DNA of 64,000 nt from NCBI GenBank assembly GCA_035276765.1, contig DATELH010000002.1, forward strand, positions 235,671-299,670, in the 5' to 3' direction. This DNA comes from Candidatus Saccharimonadales bacterium. Lineage in GTDB: Bacteria > Patescibacteriota > Saccharimonadia > Saccharimonadales > UBA4665. A model generated the notes under the pieces. It did no database searches. It was not told where the DNA came from and was given only the letters and a program-made list of their open reading frames with translations. This document shows, piece by piece, positions 55,996 through 64,000 of this stretch (position 1 is its first letter; each line of letters starts with the position of its first letter). The position numbers were made by a program, and so were the translations under genes.

Positions 55996-57930
55996 CTATT
56001 CTACTTTGGAGAGGTCGAGCACTGTGTTGATGAGTTCGGCATGGCTCCATACCAGCGGTGTCACGCTGATTGCTACACCGCTTTCAGGGTCGAACTGCTC
56101 GCTGAGCATGCCGCTTGGCAGTTGGCGATCGGCAATCCACCGCACCAAGTTCTTAGTCATTTCAAAATCGCCGATACTGGCGTAGTACTGTGCAATCCAG
56201 GCGGTGCAAACAATCCAGGGGTTGCCTTTGTACTGCGATTTTGACAAAAAGTAGCCGTCGTGCTCGAAGCGGATAACTCCGCCGACTGGACTGGAGTTTT
56301 GTAAACGGTCGATGGTTTGCTTGATGGTGCTTTTGAGTCGTGGGTCGTCAAGCGGCAATTTGGCAAACATGAACGGCCCGTAGAAGTTGGAGGCGTCGAG
56401 CGTGTCGTCGTATTGTAAATCGCCGTTTTCTTGCAGCAAAAAGCCCTTGCGGAAATAGCCATCGGGGTGGTATAGGCTGTCGAGGCCATCGCGGATTTTG
56501 TCGGCAGCCTTTTGCCAGCGCACGGCATCGTCGGGGTGGTTGAGCGCTGTTGCCAGTTCAGTGGCAGTTTCGAGCGCTGCGATTACCGTGCAGACGGTGT
56601 AGGTTGAGGTAAGGAATTTTTGCTCCCAAAGGTCGTAGCTGGCGTGCGGCAGGCCGGTTTCGCGGTCGATAAAGTCAGCCATAAACGCTGAACAGCGCGC
56701 AATAAAGGTGTCGTAAAAGCTTTCAATGAAGGCGAGGTCGTTGCTTGCGCGATAATATTCGCCCAACATGTAGACAACCATAGCGGTCTCGTCTTCTTGA
56801 ATGGCAAGCTCTTTGTGACGGCCGTGCACCAGTGGGTGCCACGTGCTGCCGATAGCGCGGTCGGGCTGGTATTTGTGCATGAGGTAACCGTCGCGGTGCA
56901 TGGTGTCGCGGGCAAACAAGAAGAATTTTTTTGCTTCCTCGAATTGGCCAAGGCGAATGAGCGGCCACAGCGCGTAACCAGCGTCGCGCGGCCAGCAGTA
57001 GCAATAATAATCGCGGCCAAAATTGAAGATGCTGGAATCGCCGCTAGCCAAAATGGAACCGCGCTCGTCGCAGTGCGCCTTGATGACGAGCATGCTTTTG
57101 GTGACAGTGTCGCGGTAGGTTTCGGGCACTTTTTGGAGTGTGTCGGCGCTCACCTTGAGCCACTGCAGCCAATGTTCGCGCGTGATGTGGATGCGATTGT
57201 CGATGGGATAATACTTGAGTTTGGTGTGAATGACTTGCGCGTCGCTCTGGCTGTCGGCGGCAATGACCCAATAATCGACGTCGAATGAGGCTTTACCCGG
57301 CGTAACATGCCGAAATCTGAGCACTGAATCCACACCTCCATGTTCGATGGCATTGTTGGACAATTCGCCGTCTTCAGCGTCTTTAAAGGTGCCCGCTTTG
57401 CCCTCGATGGCGTAGTTGCCAATGGCATACTGGTCGAAACTGCCGTCATTCATGAACTTGCCGGCGATGAGCAAACAACAGCGGCCTTTGTAGTCCAAAA
57501 TGTAGTCGTCATCGGGCACGAACATGGCGGTGTCGGCGCGGCCGGCACGCGAAATCTGAAATACTTGGTGCAAGAACAGCCGGATGTCGCGTTCGCCATC
57601 GGCGTCATTGGTCACATGCACACGACGGATGAGCGCGTTGTACTCGGCATCAACGAAATCGGTAAAATCAAGCGTTACCCGTAACTCATCGGACTGCATG
57701 CGAATTTTGCTTACCAGGGCATTTGGCTCAAAATCACTGTTGATGCGCCACGTGCCGTCGTTGGTCCAATGGAAGTTGCCATCCACCCACACACCGATTT
57801 TGTGCTGCGAACTGCGTGCGTTGGTGAGGTTGTCGAGCCCAACGTACGGATAATAAAAGTCATGCACCAGCCCGCTTTCGTCTAAGCCCACGAACAACTG
57901 GCCATTACTCAAAACAACTGGCCGGCCCAT
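55996..57930 (-). CDS. Glycoside hydrolase family 15 protein (glucoamylase / glucodextranase-like)
   Basis: 644 aa with an N-terminal beta-sandwich and an (alpha/alpha)6 catalytic region. Motifs are YCWPRDAGYALWPL, EQFDPESG and PLVWSHAE. Confidence 0.8.
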   Translation of the reverse strand: MGRPVVLSNGQLFVGLDESGLVHDFYYPYVGLDNLTNARSSQHKIGVWVDGNFHWTNDGTWRINSDFEPNALVSKIRMQSDELRVTLDFTDFVDAEYNALIRRVHVTNDADGERDIRLFLHQVFQISRAGRADTAMFVPDDDYILDYKGRCCLLIAGKFMNDGSFDQYAIGNYAIEGKAGTFKDAEDGELSNNAIEHGGVDSVLRFRHVTPGKASFDVDYWVIAADSQSDAQVIHTKLKYYPIDNRIHITREHWLQWLKVSADTLQKVPETYRDTVTKSMLVIKAHCDERGSILASGDSSIFNFGRDYYCYCWPRDAGYALWPLIRLGQFEEAKKFFLFARDTMHRDGYLMHKYQPDRAIGSTWHPLVHGRHKELAIQEDETAMVVYMLGEYYRASNDLAFIESFYDTFIARCSAFMADFIDRETGLPHASYDLWEQKFLTSTYTVCTVIAALETATELATALNHPDDAVRWQKAADKIRDGLDSLYHPDGYFRKGFLLQENGDLQYDDTLDASNFYGPFMFAKLPLDDPRLKSTIKQTIDRLQNSSPVGGVIRFEHDGYFLSKSQYKGNPWIVCTAWIAQYYASIGDFEMTKNLVRWIADRQLPSGMLSEQFDPESGVAISVTPLVWSHAELINTVLDLSKVE

Positions 57931-57931
57931 A

Positions 57932-59146
57932 TTACACCTGCATTCCTTTCTCGCTCAGCCGAAACTTAAGGTCGTGATACGCATTCATAAACGCCACAAA
58001 AGCGTCGTACGGATTTTCGTACGGGCTGAAATAGGCATGGATGTCGCCGTCGTTGAACCATTTTGTGCACATGTAGTAAAAGTGGTCGGAGGTTTGCAGC
58101 TTGCGCCAGTCTTCGATGAGCGTCAGGTCGCCCGTGTGCAGGATTTTGTCTTGCAAAGCGTATAATTCGGTGATGGCCGATGCCTGCATGCTGTTACCCA
58201 GCCAGGCGCTCAGGTCGCGCTCGGTGTCCGCCCAGGTGATGGTTTGCGGCACGTCTACGTGGTCAACCGGCTCAAAATGGTCGATTACTTCGCTCACCGT
58301 CATAAAAGTATGACCTCGTGTTTTGAGCCACTGCTTTGGCAAGTGCTCCAAAAAGTCAAAAATGCCAGAGTCGCGCCACTGGTGTTCGCCAAATGTTTCG
58401 TAGTCCATGAACAAGTTAAAGTTGGTGGCGTCGCCGCTTTCACTGAGCCAATGCGAGAATTTGTCGGCGGTCAACGGCCACTCGCTCCAGTTGTGATCGC
58501 CAAAGCGAAAAGCGATGTCGTCGCTAAGTTTGTAGTTTTTCATGAGCAGCCGGATGTTGTTTGTGTATGCCGGCTGGTATACAAAGTTCGGGCTGCGCCA
58601 GCCCAATACTTTGTCCCAGCCTTCGGTGAGAATGCCTTTGTAACCGGCTTTGTCCGCCCAATAGGCGAGGTCGTTGTTGTACGAAAGTTCAGTGTTGCGG
58701 AAGACTTGCGGCGTCTGACCAAACACTTCCTGCACTTTTTTGCGATGCATCTGCACTTGCGCTTCGAATTCGCTGCGCGAGTAAAAGAATGCCAGGCTGT
58801 GGTGATAGGTTTCGGCCACGATCTCGACGCGGCCAGTGCGCGTAAGCTCTTTGAAAGATTCCAGCACGTGCGGCGCCCAGCGCTCCAACTGTTCTATGAC
58901 GGTCCCGGTAATCGAAAGGCTCAACTTGAACTCGGGATGCTCGTTCAAAAGTTGCAGCAAGTGGCGGTTAGCTGGCAAGTACGATTTTTCGGCAACTTTG
59001 TGGATAATGCGCTCGTTGTTGGTGCGATCTTCGTAGGCGGCGTCGAAATAATTGTGGTCAACACCAGCGTCAAAAATGGTGTAATGCCGCACGCGAAACG
59101 GTTGATGTACGTGCATGTAAAACACGATCGCTTTTTGCTGGCTCAT
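57932..59146 (-). CDS. Glycoside hydrolase family 57 protein (alpha-amylase / alpha-glucan-processing)
   Basis: 404 aa with N-terminal FYMHVHQPFRV, ITGTVIEQL and DYETFGEHQW, typical of GH57. Confidence 0.75.
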   Translation of the reverse strand: MSQQKAIVFYMHVHQPFRVRHYTIFDAGVDHNYFDAAYEDRTNNERIIHKVAEKSYLPANRHLLQLLNEHPEFKLSLSITGTVIEQLERWAPHVLESFKELTRTGRVEIVAETYHHSLAFFYSRSEFEAQVQMHRKKVQEVFGQTPQVFRNTELSYNNDLAYWADKAGYKGILTEGWDKVLGWRSPNFVYQPAYTNNIRLLMKNYKLSDDIAFRFGDHNWSEWPLTADKFSHWLSESGDATNFNLFMDYETFGEHQWRDSGIFDFLEHLPKQWLKTRGHTFMTVSEVIDHFEPVDHVDVPQTITWADTERDLSAWLGNSMQASAITELYALQDKILHTGDLTLIEDWRKLQTSDHFYYMCTKWFNDGDIHAYFSPYENPYDAFVAFMNAYHDLKFRLSEKGMQV

Positions 59147-60357
59147 GCCGCTACTCCTTGCAAGTGCTGGTCGTACACTTTGAACAATTTGTCGGCCGAG
59201 GTATCCCAGGACAGCTTTTCGAACTCGTGATAGGCGTTTTTGTGCAGCTCATCGCGCAAGGAATCGTTTTGCATGACCGCAGTAATTTTGTTGGCCATTT
59301 CGGCCACGTCCCAAAAATCAACCTTGAGGCAGTTGAGCATCACCTCGGAAACGCCGGATTGCTTGCTTACCAGCGCTGGCGTGCCGTAGCCCACAGCTTC
59401 GAGGGCGGTAAGTCCGAATGGTTCTGAGATGGACGGCATAACAAAGAGATCGGCAATGCCATACGAATCGCGCCAATGCTTGCCGCGCTGAAACCCAGTA
59501 AACACGACATTTTTGGCGATGCCGAGATCGGCGCTTAATTGCAGCAACTCAAAATATTGTTCACCACTGCCAACGATGAGAAAAATAGTTTTAGGCACGC
59601 GTGCGATGACTTCTTTGGCGGCGCGCAGCAAGTTGGGCAAACCCTTTTGAATGGTAAGGCGCCCCACGTTCGTGACCACGCGGTAGCCTTGAGCGCGCAT
59701 AGCGGTGAGGTATTTATAGGAATTGTCACTGTCGAGCATTTGCATTTCGTTTGGGTTGATGCTGTTATGAACCACAGCAATTTTGTCGGCAGGAATGTTG
59801 TACTCGCGTACGATGGCACGTTTGGTGTGTTCGCTCACCGCAATTATTTGGTCGGCCATCAAGACCGCTAGCGATTCAATTTCGCGCACCAAGGGGTTGC
59901 CGCCGTACTCGTGGCCGGCGCGGTCGGCTTCGACGGAGTGGAAATGGACGACCAGCGGACAGCCTTTGTATTGCTTGACGCGCAAAGCCGCGCGAAAGGT
60001 GAGCCAGTCGTGCGCATGCACCACGTCGAACTCGCGCCCGCTTCCGCGCACCATGCTATCGACGGCGAGTTCGTACATGCGCTGCTGGCCATGGATATCG
60101 ACCCATTCTGTACGTCCATCGCTGTAGATGTATTTGTAGCTGTCGTAGGCGATGCCGGACTTTAAAACTTCGGCAACGCCTTGCGGGTGTGCCGCGGTGA
60201 CGGTCATGAAGCCAATGTTATGCTCGGCTTTGTAGGGCAGCACAAACTCAATATCGGCACCTTTTTTTGCGAGCGACTTACACAGCTCGTAGCAAGCGAC
60301 CCCGAGTCCACCACTATTATTGGGAGGTAGCTCCCACCCGAGCATCAAGATCTTCAT
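59143..60357 (-). CDS. Glycosyltransferase, glycogen-synthase-like (GT-B fold, GT4/GT5)
   Basis: 404 aa with MKILMLGWELPPNNSGGLGVACYEL, HAHDWLT and the C-terminal EPFGLTALEA motif. It overlaps the GH57 gene by 4 nt. Confidence 0.75.
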   Translation of the reverse strand: MKILMLGWELPPNNSGGLGVACYELCKSLAKKGADIEFVLPYKAEHNIGFMTVTAAHPQGVAEVLKSGIAYDSYKYIYSDGRTEWVDIHGQQRMYELAVDSMVRGSGREFDVVHAHDWLTFRAALRVKQYKGCPLVVHFHSVEADRAGHEYGGNPLVREIESLAVLMADQIIAVSEHTKRAIVREYNIPADKIAVVHNSINPNEMQMLDSDNSYKYLTAMRAQGYRVVTNVGRLTIQKGLPNLLRAAKEVIARVPKTIFLIVGSGEQYFELLQLSADLGIAKNVVFTGFQRGKHWRDSYGIADLFVMPSISEPFGLTALEAVGYGTPALVSKQSGVSEVMLNCLKVDFWDVAEMANKITAVMQNDSLRDELHKNAYHEFEKLSWDTSADKLFKVYDQHLQGVAA

Positions 60358-60391
60358 CGCCCTCTTTTGGTTACATTGCTCTTCTAGCCCG

Positions 60392-60421
60392 ATTATAATA
60401 CGTTTTACGCCTTAAACACAA
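60392..60421 (-). promoter_or_regulatory. Putative promoter of the GT-GH57-GH15 operon (TTGTGT-18-TATAAT)
   Basis: Minus strand has TTGTGT at 60421..60416, an 18-nt spacer, and TATAAT at 60397..60392. The SD AGAGGG precedes ATG 60357. A plus-strand TATAAT at 60394..60399 overlaps it. Confidence 0.4.
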
Positions 60422-60447
60422 CCGTTTTATAGCATAGTCTGCTGCTT

Positions 60448-60542
60448 GTGGGAGCGTCTTTTCTAAAGCACACTCGGAAGCGCCGGCATGCTATAAAAAG
60501 CATGCAAGGTGACCCGTATGTGCCGTGAAAAGACGCTCCCAC
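60448..60542. ncRNA. Candidate structured RNA element, copy 2 (unknown family; strand unresolved)
   Basis: A perfect 16-bp outer stem GTGGGAGCGTCTTTTC / GAAAAGACGCTCCCAC encloses GCACA/TGTGC, the core GCACACTCGGAAGCGCCGG and an inner hairpin GCATGC-TATAAAAA-GCATGC. It is the homologue of 7131..7224. Confidence 0.5.
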
Positions 60543-60556
60543 AGTCCGTACGCACT

Positions 60557-61771
60557 CTATTTAGTTAAGCGTTCGAGGGCGAGCTCAAAAGCGGCTTGTT
60601 TGAGCCCTAAGCCGTTCTTTTCGGCATACTTGAGCATGTCTTTGGTGGCCGGCACCAAAATATCTGTTAACTTTTTGTTTACTTCCGCCTCGCTCCAATG
60701 CGCAGCCTTTTGGTTTTGGTCCCATTCCAAGTACGACACGATTACGCCACCGGCGTTCGCGACTACATCGGGCAAAATGTCTTTCCCGTGTTTGAGCAAG
60801 TACACTTCCGCAGCCTTGCTGACGGGGCCATTAGCAAGCTCGACGATAATGTCGGCCTGGACTTGGTCCATGTTGGCTTCGACCACAGCGTCTTCGAGTG
60901 CGGCAAGCACCAGAATGTCAGCCTTGGCACTAATGATCGCTTCGGGTGCGGCAGTCGGTGTGCCTTTGAGATCGGTAAGTTCTTCGGGGCGGGGCACAGC
61001 GCCAGCTTTGCCTTCAAACTTCTCGACATCAATGCCATCTTGCTTGGCCCAGGTATTTTTGCTATTTGCAATGGCGACTAGTTTGATGTTCGGGTAATCT
61101 TTTAACACTTTACCGAAAAAGTAGCCCACGTTGCCGAAGCCCTGCATAGCTACGGTGAGCGGTTTGTCGAGCAGACCTTTCGCGCGCAAATACTCAACCA
61201 AGGCGATCACGCCGCCACGGCCGGTTGCCGCCTCGCGGCCTTCTGAACCTCCGTTGTCCATGGATTTGCCCGTAAAGCTACCTTTGTCGGGTGCGCCGAT
61301 GGTTTTTTCATATTCGTCAACCATCCAGTCTATGATCTCGGCGTTGGTGTTTACGTCGGGCGCGGGGATGTCCTTGCCCGAGCCAATGTGCGGCGCCAGG
61401 TGCTTCGCGTAGTTTCGAGCTAGCATTTCCACCTCGGCCTTGCTGAGCGCGCGCGGATCAACCGCTATGCCGCCCTTACCGCCGCCCATGGGAATGTTGA
61501 CGGCTGCCGTTTTGAGGCTCATAAGGGTGGCGAGCGCCCGCACTTCGTCGATGTTCACGTTGGGATGAAAGCGGATGCCGCCCTTGAATGGTCCAAGGCG
61601 ATTGTTGTGCTGCACGCGAAAAGCTTGGTATTTTTTGCCGCCCGTTTCGACTTCGAAGACGTGTTCGGCTTCGGCCTCGATTAAGGCTTCGATGGTTTTT
61701 TCGTCATATCCTAATCTTTGAGCCGCCTCCCGGATAGTGGCTTGGGCGGTCGCTAGCATTGATTTACTCAT
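60557..61771 (-). CDS. gdhA: Glutamate dehydrogenase (Glu/Leu/Phe/Val dehydrogenase family)
   Basis: Motifs KGGIRFHP, PMGGGKGG and a GFGNVG Rossmann motif. I prefer the start at MSKSML... (61771) because TATACT (61784..61779) lies 7 nt upstream. The track start is 61855. Confidence 0.9.
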   Translation of the reverse strand: MSKSMLATAQATIREAAQRLGYDEKTIEALIEAEAEHVFEVETGGKKYQAFRVQHNNRLGPFKGGIRFHPNVNIDEVRALATLMSLKTAAVNIPMGGGKGGIAVDPRALSKAEVEMLARNYAKHLAPHIGSGKDIPAPDVNTNAEIIDWMVDEYEKTIGAPDKGSFTGKSMDNGGSEGREAATGRGGVIALVEYLRAKGLLDKPLTVAMQGFGNVGYFFGKVLKDYPNIKLVAIANSKNTWAKQDGIDVEKFEGKAGAVPRPEELTDLKGTPTAAPEAIISAKADILVLAALEDAVVEANMDQVQADIIVELANGPVSKAAEVYLLKHGKDILPDVVANAGGVIVSYLEWDQNQKAAHWSEAEVNKKLTDILVPATKDMLKYAEKNGLGLKQAAFELALERLTK

Positions 61772-61863
61772 GCCAACCAGTATAGCGCCGGCCCGCCAGC
61801 CTCCGCACCGTTTTAAACACAACGGTTTTTCGGAGGACCAGCCTCGTCCTCCCACGATCTGCT

Positions 61864-62586
61864 ATGCTTATAAATATGCTGACCCGTCTGTTATCCACCA
61901 AGTTGACACCGGCCACCACGTCGGTCCTGCTGATTTTACTCTACAACGATTGGATGCTAGCGCCACTGTTAAACCCTGCGATGTCAACGCGCGTGTCGCT
62001 TATTAGCGAGATCAGCGCACGCACCCAGCCATACCACTGGGTATTCCAAACGCTTGATATTTTGGGCGGCGTACTTGTTTTGGCATTGTTGCCGTGTTTA
62101 TTCCGGCTGCTGCAAAAACGGCCGGCCGCTTGGCGCTGGCTGCTTTTTATAGGGGTTGGATTGATTGGTGCCGACTCGATCATCGACGCCTCATTGCCAA
62201 TCAGCTGCGCGCCGAGCCTCGACGTCCATTGTACGCTTGGCACTTTTCGCTCATACCTTACCGACGCACATATGATCGAAAGCTCGCTCGTGGGAGTCGT
62301 TACTTTTATTACGCCGCTGCTATGGTGGTTTCATTTTCGCAAAACGCGCGCACTGCTCGCCCAGTCCAGCGGTTTGTTCGTTTTATTGCAGCTAGGTGTT
62401 GGATTGGGCGTAATGCTTGCGCATCGCAACGAAACAGCAGTCGTGGGCCTGTTACAACGTTTTTATGAGTTGAACATTAGCACTTGGTTGGCCGTGGTTA
62501 TTGGCTCGAGCATCCGCGCCGCCCAAAAGCACCGTGCCAACCGCAAGATACTGGCCCATGCCGTAGAATCGCTCGAAGCGGCTTAA
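61864..62586 (+). CDS. Integral membrane protein (about 6 TM helices; DUF998-like by eye)
   Basis: 240-aa hydrophobic ORF with an SLISEISAR motif after TM1. Confidence 0.55.
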   Translation: MLINMLTRLLSTKLTPATTSVLLILLYNDWMLAPLLNPAMSTRVSLISEISARTQPYHWVFQTLDILGGVLVLALLPCLFRLLQKRPAAWRWLLFIGVGLIGADSIIDASLPISCAPSLDVHCTLGTFRSYLTDAHMIESSLVGVVTFITPLLWWFHFRKTRALLAQSSGLFVLLQLGVGLGVMLAHRNETAVVGLLQRFYELNISTWLAVVIGSSIRAAQKHRANRKILAHAVESLEAA

Positions 62587-62694
62587 TAGTAGAACGGCTC
62601 GGGGGTTAAATATTTCATATCGTCAGGCCAGGAAGCTCGCTATACTCGACGTTTGTAGTGCGCGCTACCCCACAACGTAAAAAGGAGATGCCTA

Positions 62695-62799
62695 TGAATG
62701 AACTCATCATAAGCGGAACAATAACTTTTACCGCTGTGCTTGCGTGGCTCAGCGGGGGAATGAGCGCTGGCGGTATGGGCAGCATATCGCCACATTAAG
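62695..62799 (+). CDS. Small hydrophobic peptide (34 aa) MNELIISGTITFTAVLAWLSGGMSAGGMGSISPH
   Basis: Not in the ORF track. Hand translation. A strong SD AAGGAG lies 6 nt upstream, and the gene is followed by its own terminator. Confidence 0.5.
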
Positions 62800-62819
62800 C
62801 CTTTAGTGTGAGCAGTTCG

Positions 62820-62850
62820 AGCGGTCCGTCCCTACTCGGACCGCTTTATT
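62820..62850 (+). terminator. Intrinsic terminator after the small peptide gene
   Basis: A 9-bp stem AGCGGTCCG / CGGACCGCT, an 8-nt loop, followed by TTATTATT. Confidence 0.7.
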
Positions 62851-62862
62851 ATTGGCGTAAAA

Positions 62863-63816
62863 CTATTCTGTTTGGGAGTCGGACGACGCGATGCTGACCG
62901 CAACTTTGCCTTTGACGCTTCCGGTTTCGAGTGCCTGGAAAGCCTGTTGCACTTGCTCGAGCGGAAATACTTTATCGACGTGAATCGTCACGGCGCCGTC
63001 CTCGATAAGCTTCGTGAGTGTGTCGAGCGATTCTATTGAGGTTTGCGTCAGCTGATGGATAGCCGTTACGCCGTATTGATTCATGAGGTTTTCATTTGGC
63101 TGCTCAACCATCGAGACAATCATGCCGCCGCGATGCACCACTTTGAAAGAACGCTCGTACGTGGAACCGCCGACGGTGTCGTACACGGCATCAAAGTCGT
63201 GGAGCGCTTCAAAATTTTGAGTCTTGTAGTCGATTACTTCGTCGGCTCCAAGGCTGCGCACGTATGCAATGCCGTCACCGGTTGCTGTAGCTGCCACGTA
63301 CGCACCCAAGTGTTTGGCGATTTGAATGGCGATTGTCCCGATGCCGCCCGCACCACCATGAATAAGGATTTTTTGACCGGCGTGCAATTGCATGTGCCCC
63401 ATAATAACTTGCACGGCGCTCAAACCGGTGAGCGGCGCCACGGCGGCCGTTACGAAATCAACATTGCGCGGCATGCGGGCAACTTCACGGCCTTGGGTAA
63501 CGGCGAACTCCGCGAGCGCGCCACTGTTGCGGGCGCTGGCCTGCGCCTGACCATACACATTGTCACCGCGCTTCAGGTGATCCACGCCGTCACCAACTTC
63601 TTGCACGATGCCCGCGAAGTCGCCGCCCAGCGTCACTGGCAACTGCATGCCAAGCAAATCCTTTACGGCGCCTTCGCGCACTCTTATATCCCACGGGTTG
63701 ACCGAAGCGGCATGCACTTCAACCAAAACGCCACCCGGTTTCACACTGGGCTTTGCAACTTCCACTATTTGGATTTTGTCGGCGTGTCCGTACTCTGAAA
63801 TCTGTGCTGCTTTCAT
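62863..63816 (-). CDS. NADPH:quinone oxidoreductase / zinc-type alcohol dehydrogenase superfamily (MDR) protein
   Basis: 317 aa with a GroES-like N-terminal domain (VLVEVHAASVNPWD) and the Rossmann motif ILIHGGAGGIGTIAIQIAK. The SD AGGAGG lies upstream. Confidence 0.85.
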   Translation of the reverse strand: MKAAQISEYGHADKIQIVEVAKPSVKPGGVLVEVHAASVNPWDIRVREGAVKDLLGMQLPVTLGGDFAGIVQEVGDGVDHLKRGDNVYGQAQASARNSGALAEFAVTQGREVARMPRNVDFVTAAVAPLTGLSAVQVIMGHMQLHAGQKILIHGGAGGIGTIAIQIAKHLGAYVAATATGDGIAYVRSLGADEVIDYKTQNFEALHDFDAVYDTVGGSTYERSFKVVHRGGMIVSMVEQPNENLMNQYGVTAIHQLTQTSIESLDTLTKLIEDGAVTIHVDKVFPLEQVQQAFQALETGSVKGKVAVSIASSDSQTE

Positions 63817-63869
63817 ATCGTACCCTCCTTGTACTTACTATTGTATAGGAATGGGTTTGTGTGTACAGC

Positions 63870-64000
63870 TCAGGCGGCTGCTTCGATGCTTTCAAGCACC
63901 CAATCTGTCCGAAGCTTGCCCGCTTGGTGAAGCGCACGGACCTCTGCCAGCGCCAGCCACTTGGCATCGAGTAGTTCGTCGAGATTAGGCGTAAATTCGC
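63870..64000 (-). CDS. 3' end of an unidentified CDS (5' part outside the window)
   Basis: The minus-strand frame is open from the window edge. It reads ...EFTPNLDELLDAKWLALAEVRALHQAGKLRTDWVLESIEAAA with a stop (TGA) at 63872..63870. Not in the ORF track. Confidence 0.4.
   Translation of the reverse strand, partial: EFTPNLDELLDAKWLALAEVRALHQAGKLRTDWVLESIEAAA

Noticed and set aside
60411-60427. 17-mer TTAAACACAACCGTTTT upstream of the glucan operon, matching TTAAACACAACGGTTTT at 61813..61829 upstream of gdh. Considered as a possible shared operator.
   Set aside because: By a rough hand estimate, several one-mismatch 17-mer pairs are expected by chance when both strands of 64 kb are compared. 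Positions relative to the respective -10 boxes also differ.

Overview
This is a 64-kb, tightly packed bacterial chromosomal segment of roughly 50-55% GC by eye. It uses the standard genetic code, with TGA as a stop. I found no rRNA genes, CRISPR arrays, transposases or integrases.

Contents in order:
- radA (3' part), a PIN/TRAM protein, a class A PBP, tyrS, a SAM methyltransferase, recG, rsmD and tRNA-Leu.
- hisS, a PfkB kinase, tig and clpP.
- rpoB and rpoC, then an interrupted str operon: rpsL-rpsG-orphan-fusA, then a chorismate mutase and a convergent threonine-dehydratase-like gene, then tuf.
- An isolated rpsJ, then a 2.4-kb four-gene insertion.
- rplC through rplO, secY, infA, rpmJ, rpsM-rpsK-rpsD-rpoA-rplQ and rplM-rpsI.
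- trpS, a pseudouridine synthase, holB, and a tRNA(Thr-Tyr-Thr)-rpmG unit.
- A GT/GH57/GH15 alpha-glucan cluster, gdh and a quinone-oxidoreductase-like gene.

rpmD (L30), adk and map are missing from their usual operon positions, and many ribosomal proteins carry charged tails. Together with the compaction, this suggests a reduced-genome lineage such as Patescibacteria/CPR (Saccharibacteria-like). That assignment is inference only.

Main hunt results:
1. Two apparent ribosome-mediated transcription attenuators, each built on a short leader peptide that itself looks leaderless. One has an Ile-rich peptide (MLVTRQNIIAIIILPSAG) in front of the threonine-dehydratase-like gene. The other has an FYWF peptide in front of an orf100-trpS unit. 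Each has mutually exclusive anti-terminator and terminator pairings.
2. A two-copy structured element of about 95 nt. It has a 19-nt identical core, and the flanking stems differ in sequence but still pair, which suggests an undescribed ncRNA or ribozyme family.
3. A pervasive promoter architecture with a TAnnnT -10 box 6-10 nt upstream of the start codon, seen at 16 genes. This implies widespread leaderless mRNAs.
4. Lineage-specific orphan ORFs, each with its own promoter, wedged into normally contiguous housekeeping operons.
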